A stretch of 64,000 bases of DNA, from NCBI GenBank assembly GCA_963666835.2, contig CAXXGO010000003.1, positions 1 through 64,000 on the forward strand. Direction: 5' to 3'. Of this stretch, positions 60,897-64,000 are shown in pieces. The position numbers were made by a program, and so were the translations under genes. The first letter of the stretch is position 1. The number at the start of each line of letters is the position of its first letter. Source of the stretch: Phycisphaerae bacterium. Lineage in GTDB: Bacteria > Planctomycetota > Phycisphaerae > UBA1845. A model generated the notes under the pieces. That model ran no database searches. It saw nothing but the letters and a program-made list of their open reading frames with translations, and was not told where the DNA came from.

Positions 60897-60925
60897 GGCG
60901 GGGGCGACGCGACGTACGAGGCCGA

Positions 60926-61007
60926 TGAAAAAGGGGACTGGCTCCGAGCCGTTTCCCACTTACGGTATCAAGGGACGCCTTGGGCGAGGTGCCTCTGCCC
61001 TTTTTCA
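60926..61007. repeat. Short MITE/REP-like element with terminal inverted repeats
   Basis: TGAAAAAGGG...CCCTTTTTCA ends, 82 bp in total, absent from the equivalent spacer between paralogs 1 and 2. Confidence 0.55.
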
Positions 61008-61062
61008 ACGGACTGGCAGGGGACGGATGGACTGAGCGGTATCAATCAACGGAGGAGCGGAA

Positions 61063-62622
61063 GTGAAGAAGGCAGGATCGTCTTTGTGGTTTGCCGGTCT
61101 GGTAGTTGTGCTGCCGGCAATGTTGTCGGCATCGGTCTGGGCGCAGTGCGAAACGGCCAAGGTAGCCGCCGCCGATGGTGCGGGCGGAGACAGGTTTGGT
61201 TGGGCGACGGCGATCGATGGGGATGACATGGTCGTCGGGGCTTATCGGGCACCTTCGGGCGGCGTCAGTCGGGCCGGTAGGGCTTACATCTACCACCACA
61301 ATGGGATGGAGTGGGAGGAGGCCCAGGAGTTGACTCTGCCGTCTGCGTCGGTGCAACGGGAGGCCGAGTACGGTTATTCGGTGGTGATAGACGGAGACCT
61401 GGCGGTAATCGGCACGCGGTGCCGCGACGGAGGTGGCGTTGTCGAGACGGGTGCCGCGGTTGTATGGCGAAGGGATGTTGACACCGGCGAATGGGTCTAC
61501 GAGGCGGAGCTATGGCCGGCCGACAGCGCAACGTTCGACAAGTGCGGATCGGCTGTTGGCGTAGGGGTCTCGGGGGGCGAAGAATGGGTCGTAGTGGGTT
61601 GCCCGGGGCGTGATGATACGGACATGAACGCCGGGGCGGTGGCGGTCTTTCGGTTCAACCGGGGAATGAACCGTTGGGAGGAGGACGCGATTCTGACCGC
61701 GAGTGACGGCCGGTACGCCGACGGCTTCGGCGAAGAGATTGCTATTGATGGTGACTTGATAGTGGTGGGCGTGCCGTCAGCCGACCCTGGCGCAGTTGGT
61801 GCGGGCGCCGTATACGCCTATCGCCGCGACAGCGGGAACAATTGGATTGAGATGGGGAAGCTGGTCGCGTTGAATGCGGACGGCAGCAGCGACGCCCAGT
61901 CGGGCGCTCGGTTCGGGGTGAGTGTGTCCACAAGGGACGGCCGGATCGTTTGCGGGGCGGACGGCTACGACACGCAGGAGCGCGATGAGGGGGCGGCGTA
62001 TGTGTTTGTGCTCAACGAGGAGGATGCCTGGGAGATTGAGGGTCGGTTTCTTGCATCGGATCCGGCTCTCAGTGATTGGTTTGGGGAGTCCGTGTCGATT
62101 GCCGGGACACAGATTGGGATAGGGGCGTACAACGTAGATTATCCGGGTGCCGCGGACTCCGGTGCGGTATACCTCTTCGATCTCGTAGCTGATGAATGGG
62201 TCGAGAATTCCAAGATGTGTATTGCCGAGCCGGAGGGTCTTTCGTATCTGGGATACAGTTTATCGCTCGACGGCGGGTATCTGGCCGCCGGGGCATACCG
62301 GGATAACGGATATACCGGGTCGGTCAGCGTTTTCGCAACCACGCCGGGCGAGGATTGTGACGGCAGCGGGGTGCATGACGATTGTGAGTACTTTGCGGGA
62401 ATCCTCGTCGATGACAGCGGCAACGGTTACTCGGATGTGTGTGACTGCACCGACGGTGATGCTGATAGAGACGCTCGTGTCGATCTGCGGGACTTCGCGG
62501 CGTACCAAGCCTGCGTGGGGAAGGCCGGAGTTGACGGCTGCCGGTGTGTGGACATGGACGATGCCGACGGCGTGGATCTGACTGATTTTACGTACTTTGA
62601 GGACGCGATCACCGGCCCGTAG
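61063..62622 (+). CDS. Secreted FG-GAP repeat protein without stalk, dockerin-like tail (paralog 3)
   Basis: Signal peptide VWA-QCETAK; propeller repeats joined almost directly to DGDADRDARVDLRDF...VDLTDF..ITGP. Confidence 0.9.
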   Translation: MKKAGSSLWFAGLVVVLPAMLSASVWAQCETAKVAAADGAGGDRFGWATAIDGDDMVVGAYRAPSGGVSRAGRAYIYHHNGMEWEEAQELTLPSASVQREAEYGYSVVIDGDLAVIGTRCRDGGGVVETGAAVVWRRDVDTGEWVYEAELWPADSATFDKCGSAVGVGVSGGEEWVVVGCPGRDDTDMNAGAVAVFRFNRGMNRWEEDAILTASDGRYADGFGEEIAIDGDLIVVGVPSADPGAVGAGAVYAYRRDSGNNWIEMGKLVALNADGSSDAQSGARFGVSVSTRDGRIVCGADGYDTQERDEGAAYVFVLNEEDAWEIEGRFLASDPALSDWFGESVSIAGTQIGIGAYNVDYPGAADSGAVYLFDLVADEWVENSKMCIAEPEGLSYLGYSLSLDGGYLAAGAYRDNGYTGSVSVFATTPGEDCDGSGVHDDCEYFAGILVDDSGNGYSDVCDCTDGDADRDARVDLRDFAAYQACVGKAGVDGCRCVDMDDADGVDLTDFTYFEDAITGP

Positions 62623-62645
62623 ATGGGCCTGGCAGGTTTCAGCGA

Positions 62646-64000
62646 ATGAAGGGTGAACCACAAGATCGTCTGCGCACGCTCTTTGATGCTGCGTGTCGTC
62701 TCACGGAGCAGAAGCGGCAGCAGTATCTGGATTGCGAGTGCGGGGACGATGTGGAACTTCGCCGGCGGTTGGAGTCGCTGCTGGATTCCGATCAGCGGGA
62801 GGGAGGGGTCCTCGATCGTCCGCTGCTGACTAGCGGGCAGTGGAATACGCTCATTAACGACGTCATGTCGAAATGGCAGGCGAACGTCCCGGAGCAGCTT
62901 GGCCGGTATCGGGTGGTACGGGAGATCGGTAGCGGGAGTATGGGGACGGTCTTCGAGGCCGAACTGGAGAACCCGCCGCGGTCGGTGGCGATCAAGGTGC
63001 TGCGGCCGGGCGTGTCCACCACGGGCATGCTCCAGCGTTTTCAGTTCGAGGCGAGCGTTCTGCGATCGCTGGATCATCCGTGTGTAGCGCGTTTCTACGA
63101 AGCCGGTACGACCGACACGGGGCACGGGCCGCAGCCGTTCTTTGCCATGGAAATGGTCGAAGGTCGGCCGTTAACCGATTTCGCGCGTGAGCAGGGTCTT
63201 TCGATCCGCGAGCGGGTGGAGCTGATGGCTCAGGTTTGCGATGCGGTTCATCATGCGCATACCAAGGGGGTGATTCACCGAGACCTCAAACCCGGCAATA
63301 TTCTAGTGGACCCCGCGGGGAGGCCGCGAGTGCTCGATTTCGGAGTAGCCCGCGCGGTGGATACGGGCTCTTCGGCGTGGAAGGACAACACGGTTACGGG
63401 GCAGTTGATCGGTACTCTACGGTATATGAGCCCCGAGCAGGCCGCCGGGGCATCCGGTGAGATCGATACGCGTTGTGACATATATGCCCTCGGCGTAATC
63501 GGCTTTGAGTTGTTGGGCGAACATCCGCCGTATGAGACCGCCAACGTCCCGTTGCCGGAGGCGGTTCGCACAATCCGGGAGATTCCACCGGCACGGTTGG
63601 GCACGTACTCGCCGGCCTGTCGAGGCGATGTCGAGACGATTATTGGAAAGGCCCTGGAGAAGGACAAGGACCAGCGTTATCAGGCAGCGTCCGACCTGGC
63701 CGCCGATCTTCGGCGTTTTCTTCGGCATGAGCCGATCGTAGCGCGGCCGCCGAGCGTTCTTTATCAACTCGGCAAATACGCTCGTCGCAACAAGGCCTGG
63801 TTTACGGGGGTGGTGGCCGTCCTGGCGTGCATTGCCTTGGGAGTAGCCGGTACGGCGTACGGGCTGGTCAAGGCTGTGGGTCAACGACGCGTGGCCGAGA
63901 CCCGCCGGGTCGATGCCGAGCTGGCCCGCGGGGAGGCGGAGCGGCAACGCTTGATCGCCGAGCAGCGGCTGGGTGATGCCGAGCAGGCGCGGGCCGAGTC
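62646..64000 (+). CDS. Hanks-type Ser/Thr protein kinase, partial (runs off the window)
   Basis: Read manually from the ATG at 62646: EIGSGSMGTV, VAIKVL, HRDLKPGNIL, DFG, GTLRYMSPEQ, then a TM helix and coiled coil. Absent from the ORF track because there is no stop in the window. Confidence 0.93.
   Translation, partial: MKGEPQDRLRTLFDAACRLTEQKRQQYLDCECGDDVELRRRLESLLDSDQREGGVLDRPLLTSGQWNTLINDVMSKWQANVPEQLGRYRVVREIGSGSMGTVFEAELENPPRSVAIKVLRPGVSTTGMLQRFQFEASVLRSLDHPCVARFYEAGTTDTGHGPQPFFAMEMVEGRPLTDFAREQGLSIRERVELMAQVCDAVHHAHTKGVIHRDLKPGNILVDPAGRPRVLDFGVARAVDTGSSAWKDNTVTGQLIGTLRYMSPEQAAGASGEIDTRCDIYALGVIGFELLGEHPPYETANVPLPEAVRTIREIPPARLGTYSPACRGDVETIIGKALEKDKDQRYQAASDLAADLRRFLRHEPIVARPPSVLYQLGKYARRNKAWFTGVVAVLACIALGVAGTAYGLVKAVGQRRVAETRRVDAELARGEAERQRLIAEQRLGDAEQARAE

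Overview
GC-rich bacterial chromosomal window. The gene content points to a Planctomycetota host, probably Phycisphaerae-like (inference): LptD with a long N-terminus, a DUF1571-type lipoprotein, dockerin-like-tailed Cys-rich exoproteins and a Hanks-type kinase. Contents in order: a secreted dockerin-tailed protein; a cysteine synthase (CysM-type) fused to a divergent cysteinyl-tRNA synthetase, split by two G-run frameshifts; a minus-strand run thiL-tsaE-rph-lipoprotein-rdgB-pdaD-DHS-like-speB (polyamine module); a YtrA/GntR-ABC operon; a cyclophilin; a chemotaxis cluster cheA-cheW-mcp-mcp-cheR-cheB-cheY-like; an RND pair; lptD; a Lys-rich histone-H1-like protein; tRNA-Arg(UCG); lepA; an AI-2E transporter; a DinB protein; cheD; mnmG; an HTH-REC / HDOD-kinase / pseudo-REC trio; a second ABC system; three tandem FG-GAP beta-propeller exoproteins; and a Ser/Thr kinase running off the end. 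The most interesting signals are the CysM-CysS fusion with altered HIGH/KMSKS motifs, two chemoreceptors with apparently nested Cache domains (one carrying a CxxCH heme-c motif), a candidate C-loop small RNA, the modular FG-GAP paralog array sharing a 'GP'-ending dockerin-like tail, and several unrelated REP-like palindrome families. No CRISPR array, prophage, rRNA or transposase was seen.
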